Shown here in pieces: positions 29,345-42,769 of a stretch of DNA of 64,000 nucleotides; within the stretch, counting starts at the first letter, position 1; each line of letters opens with the position of its first letter. Source of the DNA: Octopus vulgaris (lineage: Eukaryota). Position numbers and translations under genes: made by a program. The stretch lies in NCBI GenBank assembly GCA_951406725.2, contig OX597818.1:104036001-104100000 (forward strand). Direction: 5' to 3'. The notes beneath the pieces are model-generated. The model was not told where the DNA came from, made no database searches, and was given only the letters and a program-made list of their open reading frames with translations.

Positions 29345-29830
29345 CGACAATACTTGAAGAACAGCACAACCTTCACGCAATCATGAGGATTAGATGGATG
29401 GACTATGCTACCGATGAAAATGTTCTACACTAGGCCAGACTGCTCAGCTTCGAAAGCATCGTGACACGAAATCGCCTCCGCTGAACGGGACCCATCGTAT
29501 GTATGCTTCATACGCAACTTTGCTGTAAATCCCGTTTCCTTGAAAAGCGCCAAGCCTCTATCCTTCGCTGCTTGTTTCACAGAAATATCCGGAGGACAAT
29601 CTTCAAAGTCAGACCCGATTAACGGCACATAATTGGGAAAGGAATATAACTGATGGAAAATAACACACGTCAAAGGGGTAGAGACCAGAAATCATAGAAT
29701 TAAAGAGTGACTGGCAAATCCTCGTTTCCAGCAAACTCTCTCCTGCGATACATGCCCCTGATTTCTCTATTCTGCCCTCTTAGACTCAATAACCAATTTA
29801 GTCACACCCATACCCTTCGCATCCTTCAGA
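29345..29830 (+). mobile_element. Decayed RTE LINE 3' fragment
   Basis: Plus frame reads AIMRIRWMDYATDENVLH*ARLLSFESIVTRNRLR*TGPIVCM, matching the RTE I.W.D..N..VL...RLRW.GH..RM motif. Confidence 0.75.
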
Positions 29831-29967
29831 TTGAAGAAATTGGATACATGTAGTTGATCTGTAGCTGCAGATCTACTTCTTGACAACGACATTATATATG
29901 TATGTGTGTATATATATATATATATATGAAGAGTTAGGTAGGCAGACAGAGAGACAGACAGTCAGAC

Positions 29968-29968
<1 letters not shown>

Positions 29969-30052
<84 letters not shown>
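29969..30052. repeat. (GATA)n microsatellite
   Basis: Seen directly. Confidence 0.98.
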
Positions 30053-30053
<1 letters not shown>

Positions 30054-30718
30054 TTACCCCATTTATTTTTAAAACAGCTATGTTTAACATTATGCTAACG
30101 AGCAGGAAATTAATGCAATATTTCTTAACTTCAGCACTGCAGTACAAATAAACTCTTCAACTAATCGTAACTTACCATTCTTATATTCCATCTCTTCCTA
30201 TGTGTTAATTATCGCTTCAAGATAAGTAGCAAAGAAAGACTTGAAAATTTGTTCGCCAATAAAACAATAAAATATTTGGCAATTGGCAAACACATTAATA
30301 TACCCAGCACATACAGTTGCTATAATAAAATTGCAAGAATTATAATGTATCAATATTTTATTAACTTTCAACAGTTCACTCCCACTCCCTCTCCCTCGCC
30401 CTCCCTCTCTCTCTCTTCCTCTTTGGCACTCTCTTTCTCTCCTTCGTTCTGCATTTGTATTTGTAATTCACGTGTATGCGTGGGTAGGTATACACTAAAG
30501 CATGATTATATATGCATATATGTAAATCAATGTGTGCACGTACAAATGACCTCCCATTTGCTTATATGTCTATGTGTATGTGTATTGAGCATGTGTGAAT
30601 ATCTCTATATATGTGTAAGCCTCTCTACCAATCTTGAATATGTATGTGTGTGCGCGCGAATGCGTATATATAGAGATAGATAGATTCATAGATTGATACA
30701 TATATATATGCATATATA

Positions 30719-30879
30719 CGACGAGTTTCTTTTAGTTTCCGTCTACCAAATCCACTCACAAGGCTTTGGTCAGCCTGAGGCTATACTAGAAGACACTTGC
30801 CCAAGGTGCTGCTCAGTGCGACTGAACCCGGAACCTTGTGATCGGAAATCAAGCTACTTACCACACAGCCACTCATGCG

Positions 30880-30880
<1 letters not shown>
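30719..30880 (-). mobile_element. SINE family B 5' half
   Basis: Reverse-complement match. Confidence 0.85.
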
Positions 30881-30930
<50 letters not shown>

Positions 30931-31103
30931 TATATATATATATATATACATATATATACATATATACACACACACACACACATGAATACATATGTATGTC
31001 TGCATCGCTTTCTGTCTCTCTGTCTTTCCCTCCTCTCATCGTCTGTCTCTTTTCTTCGCTCCTCTCTCCCTTTCTCTCTCTCTCTCTCTCACTCTTTCTC
31101 TCT

Positions 31104-31137
<34 letters not shown>

Positions 31138-31768
31138 GCGTATATATGTACATATGCGTATATGAAATGTACGAACATAAATTATTTGAAATATTTTGTT
31201 AGTTTATTTTTTCCTACGTATATTAAGAACAAATATAAAATATACATGTAAATACTGAAAGAGATTATTTATAAAATTTGTAATATGTTAAGAAACTCAG
31301 TAAATAAGATACTATAAATTCTTATTTACAAATATACTATATTATATTTTTAGAATTTGCAAATAATATTTTCCATCATTTTTCTTGTAATAGATTTTCC
31401 GCTATGCACGGTATTAAACTCGGTAACAACTTAGTTTATCTATATTTATATATATATATATTGAAAATGTATTTATTAGTAAGATATTTTGTTCTTTTTT
31501 AATGATTACCGAACGAGAAAACTTGAAATAAAATACATTCTGAGACAAGTATTATATATATATATGTATGTATGTATGTATGTATATATATGTATATACT
31601 CATTCACCTCGTACATGAACTTATTTCGTACGATGTATAGTATGTATCTATATCTATCTACCTACCTATCTGTGTATAGTATATATATATATATATATAT
31701 ATTTACATATACATATATATATATACAAAAATATATGTATATTTTTATATGTATGTGTATGTATGTAT

Positions 31769-31830
<62 letters not shown>

Positions 31831-32974
31831 TATTATATATATAGCTGTATGTGTGTGCCTGTGTGCGTATGTATGTGTGCGAGTGTGTGTAATTATCCAT
31901 GTGTTTGTTGTACAACGTTAAACCATTAAAAGCATATGATGCACTTACTTTTTTTATCAGCCGTGGGAAAATTTGTCACCCGCGCAATATTGGTTAGCAA
32001 CGTCTCATTGTAGTCAAAAGGATACAGCATTGCACAGTAAACACCAATTATTTAGTTATTTTGAATATGAGCACCATCTAAGCTCTAGAAGCTGTCTGTT
32101 GCAATGATGCGCGGAGTTTACTAAATATGTTTTTGTTTCTATTAAAGCTGCGTATGCCGTAAATCTACGCTGATCATAATTGGAACGTCTGTAGTGTCAG
32201 ATAACACAGTTATGGTTAACATTCGTACTAATAAAAATACAAAGATAAGACAATGTATTTGGACTTTACCCCAATATTGCACTTAACTGGTATACCACAC
32301 TTAACCATGTAAATATGTGTTATGTGATATTTTCTTTGGAAGATTAGGATGTTCAGATTTGTTTAAACAACCAACATCGAATTGTTTCCTTTTTTGCGAC
32401 AGTCACGAATATACACAATCTAAGGCTTAGTATCTTTACAACACTATTAGATAAAATATAGTTAAGTATATTTTTTTAACAGTAAAAGCAAGACTCACCA
32501 AACAGGAACGGTTATTGTGAAAGATATGATCGTAAATTCACACATTATAAATTTACTTTTACAGATTCGTCTACGAATAAATGTAATGGAATATTTTGAC
32601 TATAACAAAGAATAAACCCTCTTTTTGTTCTGCATTCAGTTTTGTTAACGTAAATTGTATTTTTTCCTGCAGAACTTACGTATGCTATGTAGATACATGA
32701 AAAGATAATATTCATTTCATGGTATATTACAATATAGTTGTTGCTTTGTTGTTATTTATTTTACACGTTTCTTATACGCAAAAGAAGAGACAAAGCTTAT
32801 GGTCTCTTCATTAATATTTCCTTTTTTACTCGAATGAAAAAGTAACATTATCTCACATCTTATGTAGAACAGTGAAAACATACATTCTCTTTCAGTGCAT
32901 AGCTCTATGCTTTCATTTATGCGTAAGCATTTTCCCTATTTATCGAACTCGTGTGAAAATGTGCGGGTCAATTT

Positions 32975-33190
32975 ATTCTTTTATTCTTATATCTTTTCAC
33001 TTCTTTGAGTCATTTGACTGCGGCTATGCTGGAGCAGTGCTTTTAGTCGAAAAAATTGATCCGTGGACTTATTCTTTGTATGCCTGGTACTTATTCTATC
33101 GGTCTCTTTTACCGAACCGCTAATTACGTGGGTGTAAACACACCAGCATCGGTTGTCAAGCGATGATGGGAGATACAAACAAAATACACA
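32975..33190 (-). mobile_element. SINE family B 3' half (partner 35461-35609)
   Basis: Reverse-complement match. Confidence 0.8.
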
Positions 33191-33220
33191 CAACTATATA
33201 GGTATGTATGTATATATATA

Positions 33221-33274
<54 letters not shown>

Positions 33275-33278
<4 letters not shown>

Positions 33279-34432
33279 TGCGTTCTGGCGCCGACGCTCT
33301 TCGGAATTTTCTTCTCACTTGTCCTGTCCTATGCCTTCAGAACGTCCGACGACGGAGTGTTCCTCCACAGCAGGGCTGATGGTGGATTGTTCAATCTTGC
33401 GCGCCTCAGAGCTAAGACCAAAGTCCGTCAGGTGCTGATCAGAGAGATCCTCTTTGCTGACGATGCCGCCCTAACATCACACAACCAACCGGGTCTCCAG
33501 AGGCTGGTCAGCTCCCTGGCGGATGCCTGCCAAGAGTTCGGCCTTACCATCAGCCTGAAAAAGACAGAGATCATGGGCCAGGACGTCGGAGGGGTCCCCA
33601 GCATCAGTGTCGGCGACCACAGCTTGCAGGTGGTGAACGAGTTCACTTACCTGGGATCGATGGTCTCCAGCACCTGTCCCTCGAGCCGGAGCTGAACAGA
33701 CGGATTCGGAAGGCTGCTGCTGCCATGGCTAAGCTCTCCAGGAGAGTGTGGGAAAACAACATGCTCACAATAACCACCAAGATCGCAGTGTACCGAGCCT
33801 GCGTGCTGAGCACCCTACTCTACGGCAGTGAGAGCTGGACAACACACACCCGGCAGGAATGCCGCCTCAGCGGCTTCCACATGCGGTGTCTTCGACGGAT
33901 ACTTGGCATCTCCTGGAAGGACCGAGTACCAAACGGAGTCATCCTGGAACAGACTAATATGCCAAGCATGTATGCCCTCCTGGCTCGGACACGTCTGCTG
34001 CATGCAGGACGGTCGCATGCCTAAAGACATCCTGTACAGCGAACTCACCACGGGATCCCGACCCAAAGGACGTCCACAGCTACGATACAGGGACGTGTGC
34101 AAGCGCGACCTGAGGACTGCCAACATATGTGTGGGCACGTGGGAGGAAACAGCTGCTGACCGCTCTGTCTGGCGTCGGACGGTGAGGAAAGGCGTTTCCA
34201 TGGCTGAGGAGAGGAGAGCACAGCTGTGGTTGGACAGGCGGGACAGGAGGAGGACAACTGCAGCAACACCCCACACGTACCCATCGATGTTCGTGTGCAG
34301 CAAATGTACCAAGGACTGCCACTCTAGAATTGGACTGTTCAGTCACAGCAGACGCTGCACATCATCAAAGTAGGCCCCACCCTTGGCGCAACCCATTGTC
34401 TATCAAGACAGACGGGGAAAAAGAAGAAAAAA

Positions 34433-34435
<3 letters not shown>
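33275..34435 (+). mobile_element. 5'-truncated RTE-clade LINE (RT C-terminal half, C-terminal Cys/His motif, 3' UTR)
   Basis: GCVLAPTLF, LFADDAAL, FTYLGS, LLYGSESWT, LGHV..M.DGR.PK.ILY.EL, C..C...C.SRIGL.SH. Frameshift near 33672, small deletion near 33980, GAA-rich tail, (TA)n on both sides. Confidence 0.95.
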
Positions 34436-34470
<35 letters not shown>

Positions 34471-34617
34471 TGGTTTTGAGTTTTCTACTGTTCTTTCTAG
34501 CACAAGGCTTTCCTATTTGGAAGCTTCTTATTGTATTTCTATGTGAGTAATATATAGTCTAATGCTAGGCCACTGGTAATATTATTTTCTTATTACCCCA
34601 TTCTTATATATATATAT

Positions 34618-34689
<72 letters not shown>

Positions 34690-34691
<2 letters not shown>

Positions 34692-35105
34692 TTGTAAAAA
34701 ATGAAGTTCGAAAATGCTGCTGTATTATACAATTTTTAATTTTTATATATACATTATAACATGTTTCAGTTCCTGAAATGAACCTTATCAAAAAAAGTTA
34801 TATATAAAAAGAGACAGCTCATGCCGTCAAACCCAAGAAATTCATTTATAATACACAACGGAGTCAGATATCTTAGAGTTCATGTATAGTTGATATATAG
34901 TTCATGTACAGTTGATATATAGTTTGAAGTATATGTTCAAAGTGTTCGATGCAGTGGCCCACGGTGGCGATACGTATTCAATACAAAAAACAGATCAAAG
35001 TGGTGGAAAGCGGTCAATACAGAAGATTGATGTTTCCGAAAGAGCGAGGAATTCATTTTTACCTTAAGCAATTGTGATGACCCATGGTGGAAGTTCGCTG
35101 GGTGG

Positions 35106-35110
<5 letters not shown>
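34690..35110 (-). mobile_element. Probable Penelope-like 3' fragment with U3-A8 hammerhead (34757-34791)
   Basis: Minus: TTGATAA-GGTTC(ATTTCAG)GAACT-GAAACATGTT. Flanked by (TA)n. Upstream peptide is only weakly GIY-YIG-terminus-like. Confidence 0.4.
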
Positions 35111-35175
<65 letters not shown>

Positions 35176-35255
35176 AATATTAGGGAATAAATCCAAACTT
35201 ACAGGGAAAAATCAGATTTAGGATTGAATCCAATTTTATAGTAAAATATTATATT

Positions 35256-35412
35256 ATATTAAATTAGAGACAAAACCACTATTAGGCAAATCATACAATG
35301 AAAAACTTAAGCCAATTCATAAGAATATTTAAATAATATAAATTAAATAATCTTATGTATTGGCTTAAGTTTTTCATTGTATGATTTGCCTAATAGTGGT
35401 TTTGTCTCTAAT

Positions 35413-35419
<7 letters not shown>
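35256..35419. repeat. About 69-bp inverted repeat with 26-bp spacer, inside (TA)n
   Basis: 35256-35324 versus 35351-35419, one mismatch seen. Confidence 0.9.
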
Positions 35420-35460
<41 letters not shown>

Positions 35461-35462
<2 letters not shown>

Positions 35463-35609
35463 GTTGGGCTACTTTCAGTTTGCTTCAACCAAATTCATTC
35501 GCAAGGCTCTGGTCAGCCCGAGGCTATATTAGTTGACACTTGCCCAAGGTCTCCCGCAGTGGAACTGAAACAAGAACCATGTGGTTGGGAAGCAAGCTTA
35601 TTACCACAA
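35461..35609 (-). mobile_element. SINE family B 5' half
   Basis: Reverse-complement match. Confidence 0.8.
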
Positions 35610-36592
35610 TATGTTTTTAGAGCTTGAAACAAATATAAATATGTAATGACAGAAGTATTTAGTTATAAAGGGATCCAAATCATTGAAAGTTCTCGTCTTG
35701 TTTAGAGTAACACGTTTATGAAACACCATTGTCAATGATTACACATGCATGCGTCCACACTAGCACACGCAAACACATACACTCACATACATACAAATTC
35801 TTGTCTCTTGATATATAACTTGTAATTATATATAGTTGTTAGTATAACGTTTTACCCTTAAGTGGTATGCTTTGAGAATCTAACACAAACTCGAAATTCT
35901 ATAAAATAACATACAATGGAAAAGTTTTTTTAGTAGTCTTCGTCGTATTGTAAATATTGAAAGCGAGAGTACCCAGCTTTAAGATACTGTATATTCAATA
36001 AAGTTGGGGATGCGTGGCTAAATCACCTGGGCCTAAACCAGAGATGGTGAGTGATTAGCTGTCTCAGAGACGAATAGAATATATTAGTAAGCAAAAAAAA
36101 AATAGGCTAAGAATAAATGATCTAAAAGATACAAGGGTGTTAATGAGATTAAGTAATTAGATGCAAGGTAGTATTTTTGATGTAGTGTAGCGGAGCCATT
36201 AGCAACTGTAAGCAGTGCTTTACTATTGTCTTTCTTGGAAATTTGTTTTTCGTCACTAGAGTAATGTTGACGTCTATGTGCTTATAAATTACATAACTGA
36301 GAATAGAATAGCATCTGAATAATATACATAATTGCTAGAGGTTACAGAAAGTAGTTCCATCACAGGTGATGTAGTTTTCAAACGTGATGTCGCATCCTAG
36401 TCTTATGATGAATATATCGCACTGCAAGTTTTCGAGATTGTTTACCATATGGATATTCGCTTCAGCAAACGATATGAGTATATGCACTAATCAAGATATA
36501 CTAATTCCTTACTAATGCAAAAATATGCTTACGTGTGTGTATGTATGTATGTATGTATGTATGCATGTAAGTATATATGTATGTATGTTTGT

Positions 36593-36895
36593 GGAGCCGC
36601 AATGGCCCAGTGGTTAGCGCAGCAGACTCGCGGTCAGAGGATCGTGGTTTCGATTCCCAGACCGGGCAATGTGTGTGTTTATTGAGCGAAAGCACCTAAA
36701 GCTCCACGAGGCTCCGGCAGGTGGGGCTGTGACCCCTGTTGTACTCTTTCACCACAAATTTTTCTCATTCTTTCTTCCTTTTTCTTGAGTAACGCTGCGA
36801 TGGACTGGCGTCCCGTCCAGCTGGGGGGAACACATACGCCAATAGAAACCGAGAAACCGGGCCCATGAGCCTGGCTAGTCTTAAAAAGGGCGCGT
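36593..36895 (+). mobile_element. SINE family C (tRNA head, Meta/V-domain-like body)
   Basis: A box TGGCCCAGTGG, B box GTTTCGATTCC; CTGCGATGGACTGGCGTCCCGTCCAG...AGAAACCG. Confidence 0.8.
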
Positions 36896-37567
36896 CAAAA
36901 ATGTATGTATGTATGTATGTCATTATTTAGTTTTATTTCAAGATTTCTTGTCAATAGAGAAAGAGCCGGTTTCTAACCTTGATCCAAGGCTTCCTCATAG
37001 AAATTTTAACAACAACAGGGTAATTTTTTTATGTATGTATGTAGACGTGCAGATTTGTATGTTTTACTTTATGTTATACCTTGTCATGCATATACTTGCA
37101 TATCTAGACATTCTCATATATACTTAAACGATAAACATCTCGAAATTTTATATATGTATGCATGTAATTAAAGGTGAAGTGGTGTAGAAAGCGCTTCAGA
37201 AGAGAGAAAAACTGGACACTGAAAACCTCTGGACAGGGTCAACTGTTGCGCGTTTACATATTTAAATTTTCTAAATAGAGAAACGTTATCCACTTTATCT
37301 TCAAAATGTATACGACAAAATTGCCTGGGTATCTACAAACAGCGTTTTTCTTTATTTTGTTTCGTTTTTTAATGTGCTACTATATGGAATATAATACTTT
37401 CCAGTACATCATATATTTCCTGTTACTATCTTTTCCTAAACATTAATTAATAACTCGATTGATATTTGTTTGAAAGTTTCTTAGTTAATAACTCTGAATT
37501 TGGATCCAACAAGACTTACAACATGACGTAGGTTGTTTCTACGTCCCACATTTTATAATATTAATGA

Positions 37568-37815
37568 CTCTTTTACTATTTTACTTGTTTCAGTCATTTG
37601 ACTGTGGCCATGCTGGAGCAACACCTTTAGTAGAGAAAATCGACCCTAGGACTTATTCCGTGTAAGCCTAGTACTTATTGTATCGGTCTCTTTTGCCAAA
37701 CCGCCAAGATACGGGGACGTAAACACACCAGCATCGCTTGTCAAGCGATGTTGGGGGGACAAATAAAGACACACAAACACACACACACACACACACACAT
37801 ATACGTATATATATA

Positions 37816-37857
<42 letters not shown>

Positions 37858-38044
37858 TACGCCTGGCTTCTTTCAGCTTCCGTCAACCAAATCCACTCAC
37901 AAGGTTTTGGTCGGCCCGAGGCTATAGTAGAAGGCATTTGGCTAAGGTGCCACGCAGTGGGACTGACCCCGAACCAAGTGGTTCGTAAGTAAGCTACTTA
38001 CCTCATACGCCTATAGCTACTTACTACACAGCCACTTCTACCCC
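37568..38044 (-). mobile_element. SINE family B, full length
   Basis: Reverse-complement match. Confidence 0.88.
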
Positions 38045-38730
38045 TATGTTAAACTATCATAGTTTTGCGTTTCAAAATATTAATGACTGTAAACTATCAT
38101 AGTATACCATCTACAAGAAATTTTAGGTGGCAATGTACGGGTATAAAAACCTAAGTTTTTCTTAGATAAACACATCGTAAATTTCTATGTTTATTTGGAT
38201 TAAGAAAATGTTTGTATGTTAACGAACGACTTACATTAATTTGTATACTATTTCGTTTCCTTTCCTCTCAAATGATACGATATGATATTTATTTTTTTTT
38301 AAATGCAATAATTTTTATTTATTCACTACGGTTTGAAAATATATTAGAAAATTTAGAAAAGTTGGCGTAGCTGCTAAATAGAAACTGCACTTTCCTTTAG
38401 CATGCATTAAGTATTAATTTATGCACTTGTACAAACTATACAAATTAATGCAAATCGGTTTTTTTCTGTTGCTATTAATAATCCCTAACGACATTTGAAA
38501 ACCGTTTTACCTCTTCATATAGTCTACACAGAAAACTAAATTTTTCAGCGTAATAACTACGTAATATACATCTTACTGTATTTCGTTATGACAAAAACAG
38601 ATATTCAACGGAGAAAAATCAATTTCCAACTTAACTGAACACACAATAAAACATTATGCACGTACAAGCTTTTTTTTTCCTTTTTTAAATTATATCTATA
38701 GGTAAATAAAGATTATAAACATATAAATAA

Positions 38731-38783
<53 letters not shown>

Positions 38784-39781
38784 GGTATGTATATATATAT
38801 ATATATGTATGAATATACGTATATATACAAACATATATATATATGTATACATATATATGTGTATGTGTATATATATATATGTATGAATATACGTATATAT
38901 ACAAACATATATATATATGTATATATATACATATATAACGACACCCCCTTCAGGAGGAATATGGAAAAACATTTCATAGCTAAGTTCTCCCCCAAATTAA
39001 ATGGCTGAAACTTTACTCAACATACATTGAAGGACAAATCTGTGTGTGTGTAGATGTGTGTATTGCCTGTTATATACATCATATTATATTATATTATTAT
39101 CTTTATAATTCACTTCCATCTTTACCTTTTAATTGTCACTTTAATTTTAACTTTCCTATGATATACAATTTTCAAGATGGTATAATTTGGTTGTTCATTT
39201 TGAACCGATAAAAAGGTCTTTTCAAATATTTTATGTATAAGTCTCTGTGTGTGTGTATATATATGTGTTGGTATAAATATCAACACACAAAAACATTTTT
39301 TCTTCTCCACTTCCTCCCTTATTTTTATTTTTATTTTTATTTTTTTATTTATTATTTTTTTTTATATATTTTTATTTATTCTTTATATTTTTTTATTTTT
39401 TATTTTTATATTTCTATATTTTTTAATTTTTTTATTTTTATTAGTATTATTTTTATTTTCCCTTTTCTCTTTTTGTCTCTCTCCCCTTCTCCAAACACAC
39501 AGACACACACACACACACACATACACACACACACACACACGCACGCACACAAAAACACACACGGACACACAGAGACACACACACACACACACCTCCACAG
39601 AATGAACATAGAAAGTGTGACCCCAAATGACATTTGCCAGGCCAACCTACGCACAACACACACTCAGTGACATCAAAATGGACGGCCAAAGTTCTTATAA
39701 AACCACAGGAGGTCCAGCAGACCAACGGAAATAACACTTCTTCACTCTCAGATATAAACGCGCACACACACACACACGCAC

Positions 39782-39812
<31 letters not shown>

Positions 39813-40028
39813 TACACATACACACATGTTTTCTCTGTCTCACTTCCTCCTCACCCACTACTACGAAACTATAAAATGTTCAAACTCCCCACAACTGATT
39901 TGATTTGAAAAGCCCACTAGAATCGGAGAAAGCGCTAATCCGAATGATATGATATGATATATATGTAAAAAATGTAATATATAAATAAATATCTACAAAT
40001 ATGAACTATCTGATCTGATTACCTCATT

Positions 40029-40077
<49 letters not shown>

Positions 40078-40109
40078 ATATATATATGTGTGTGTGTGTG
40101 TGTGCGTAA

Positions 40110-41132
40110 ATGTAAAAAAATACAAACTGGGACAAGAACGTGAAACATTTAGAAGACGATACAAAAAACACGGACGGGACATTCGAAGCCATCAATCTTC
40201 AGTCAAGAACCGGATCATCTTCGCAATTTCGACTGATTAATCTTGAGATTGCTCCGATCTGGCCAGCCCCAAAGGAAAATCTAAGCCAAGCGCATTAGAT
40301 TCCTTGGAAGAAAGCCTCAAATGTATACAAAGCAAGGACGGAAAACCGAACGATGTTACACGAATAAAAATACAAAAATACGTGAAAACAATAATGATAA
40401 CACGAATAAGAATACAAAAATACGTAAAAACAATAATGATAGCACGAATAAGAATACAAAAATACGTAAAAACAATAATGATAATAATAATAACAACAAA
40501 AACAGGACGTCAAAGACAAGCGTCTTTTCGACAGGACTAGTAAATTTTTGAGCTGGTGTTAGAAAAAAGCCTTAAGGCTAGAGAGAGAAAAAAATGTGTC
40601 TTGCCGCAACGGCTGCTGACCACGAGGAGGCTAGCAATCGGTTGGCTAGTCACGTGTGAGGGGAAAAGAAAGGAAAAGAGGGACAGATGAAGAGAGAAAG
40701 AAGGGGAACAAGGAACAAAGGAGGAGGAGAAGAGAGAGAGAGAAAGAGACAGATCAAAGTGGAGTGCAAAGTGTGAAAGGCAGAGAAATGTAGGAGAGGG
40801 GGGAGAGAGACAGTGTTGTAGAGTCGTACCATGTGTTAAAGAATATATATTTACATATAAGACCAAAAAGGGTACGTCGATATATATGTAAATGTAAAAA
40901 AATACAAACTGGGACAAGAACGTGAAACATTTAGAAGATGATACAATAAACACGGACGGGACATTCGAAGCCTTCAATCTTCAGTTAAGAACCGGATCAT
41001 CTTCGCAATTTCGGCTGATTAATCTTGAGATTGCCCCGATCTGGCCAGCCCCAAAGGAAAATCTAAGCCAAGCGCATTAGATTCCTTGGAAGAAAGCCTC
41101 GAATGTATACAAAACAAGGACGGAAAACCGGA

Positions 41133-41135
<3 letters not shown>
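40110..41135. mobile_element. Family H element with about 240-bp direct terminal duplication (pseudo-LTR-like)
   Basis: 40110-40350 is near-identical to 40892-41132; a third copy lies at 23542-23840. Confidence 0.7.
40361..40485. repeat. 42-bp tandem repeat x3
   Basis: Unit CGAATAAGAATACAAAAATACGTAAAAACAATAATGATAGCA. Confidence 0.9.
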
Positions 41136-41168
<33 letters not shown>

Positions 41169-41284
41169 AATCCAAACGGGAAACAAAAAAACAACAACAA
41201 GGGAACAATTACAGTATTATTATTAATAGGCGCTCATATATATATGTGTGTATGTGTACGAATATACGTATATATACAAACATA

Positions 41285-41336
<52 letters not shown>

Positions 41337-41679
41337 TATACTTATATATGCAAACATATATATATATATATATATATATATGAATATACGTATATATACA
41401 AGCAAATATATATATATATTTGTGTGTATGTGTGTGTATGTATAAGGGCGTTTTTAAAAGTAAATGCTTCGGTGAAAGAAAACTGCTTGTTAAAGATCGG
41501 ATCCTTGTGAAACAAACTTGGAACTTTCAGACCAATATAATGTTGTCTTTGCAAGAAACACTGTTGGATTTTCAGTCATTTTAGCTGATTTTAAATATCG
41601 CCATAAATAATAATTATGCGAGAGCTCATATAATAGCTGTTATATATTAGGAAGGTATATCTAGGATCATATTGAAACA

Positions 41680-41890
41680 GAAGCGTTTCTTGCTAACATA
41701 GAATGAACTTTGCGTTTCATCAATACTCAATAGTCATATTCACTACAGGGTTTCGAAAACTTACGTCCGCAAGACTGGGGACAGATTGCTTTCCTTGTCG
41801 CATCTTGTACACCAAATCGTTCATCAGAACTCATGGTCCTGCGCTCCAAGGAGAGACCCCTCTGCTCAGAGAGACGTGAAAAATCTGACG
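41680..41890 (+). mobile_element. Highly decayed RTE LINE fragment
   Basis: RLGTDCFPCRILYTK followed by PRR.P...RDVK resembles the RTE RM..R.P.RILY...GRP..R..D..K motif. Confidence 0.45.
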
Positions 41891-42769
41891 GCGCGTAAAC
41901 TTTTGAGAAAGGGTAGCCTAGCCCAGAATCTTACATGTTCGGTACAAATTCCACTGCGCGCGTTATATCTTTTATCTCGTATTTTACTTCTCTCTTAGTC
42001 GAAAAAGTTGGTTTCATTCTTTTTGTAGGCCTGGTACGTATCCTACCGTTCCTGGATCACTGCATTACATATACTAGCAAATACATCCATCTACGATGAA
42101 GGCATAACATGAGGGAGGGAAGTTATAACAGCAGTATATATTGAGGAATGTCTAACTGGACTTGATAGATTACTGGGTGATGTCTTAGAGAAATCATATT
42201 ATTGTTGGTTATACAGCATTCTATGGCAGCTATATGACATGTGTTTGAGACTAAGTGATATGTGATGACGATTCACTCCCGAACTGAAAAACGCTCCCAG
42301 CCTTTGTGTAATGAATTGCTATGTGGACCTCCTAATGAGAGCCAGACCTTCCTTCAACGACTACATAAAAAGTATTTAAAAAATATTATTTCGATATACT
42401 CTTATTTTAGTTGTTTAGACTATTTTACGCTTGTTTGTACTCTTATACATTCAAAGTTCACAAATTTCCATATTTAAATTATTAATCATATTCCTTGCGA
42501 TAATATCAATATGATCACAAAACGTCTTCGTAGACGATATTTTCTGTTTGGTCGACACTAATTTTTTAATTACTGGAGACTGATGCTCTACTTATAGCGA
42601 CGTATAACTGGCAGTGTACAAACATCGGAGTGGGTAAAAATACACCTACACAATCTAAAATCTCGCCCTGAGATGTATTTCCTGTGAATGCGCGAGCGGA
42701 TCATTAAGGTTGCAAAAACTCAATCTGAGACTTACCTCTCAGTTCTTGAGAAAACTGAGATGATACTGC

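Noticed and set aside
29425-29892. Minus-strand frame of about 155 codons with few stops
   Set aside because: The plus strand matches RTE motifs, so this is an antisense shadow.
36593-36666. Possible true tRNA gene (also the family E heads)
   Set aside because: Acceptor stem incomplete and followed by SINE body.
40361-40485. CRISPR-like periodicity
   Set aside because: Direct tandem repeat without unique spacers; eukaryotic context.
41760-41885. Possible minus-strand exon ending in GTAAGT
   Set aside because: Weak acceptor, and the plus strand is better explained as an RTE relic.
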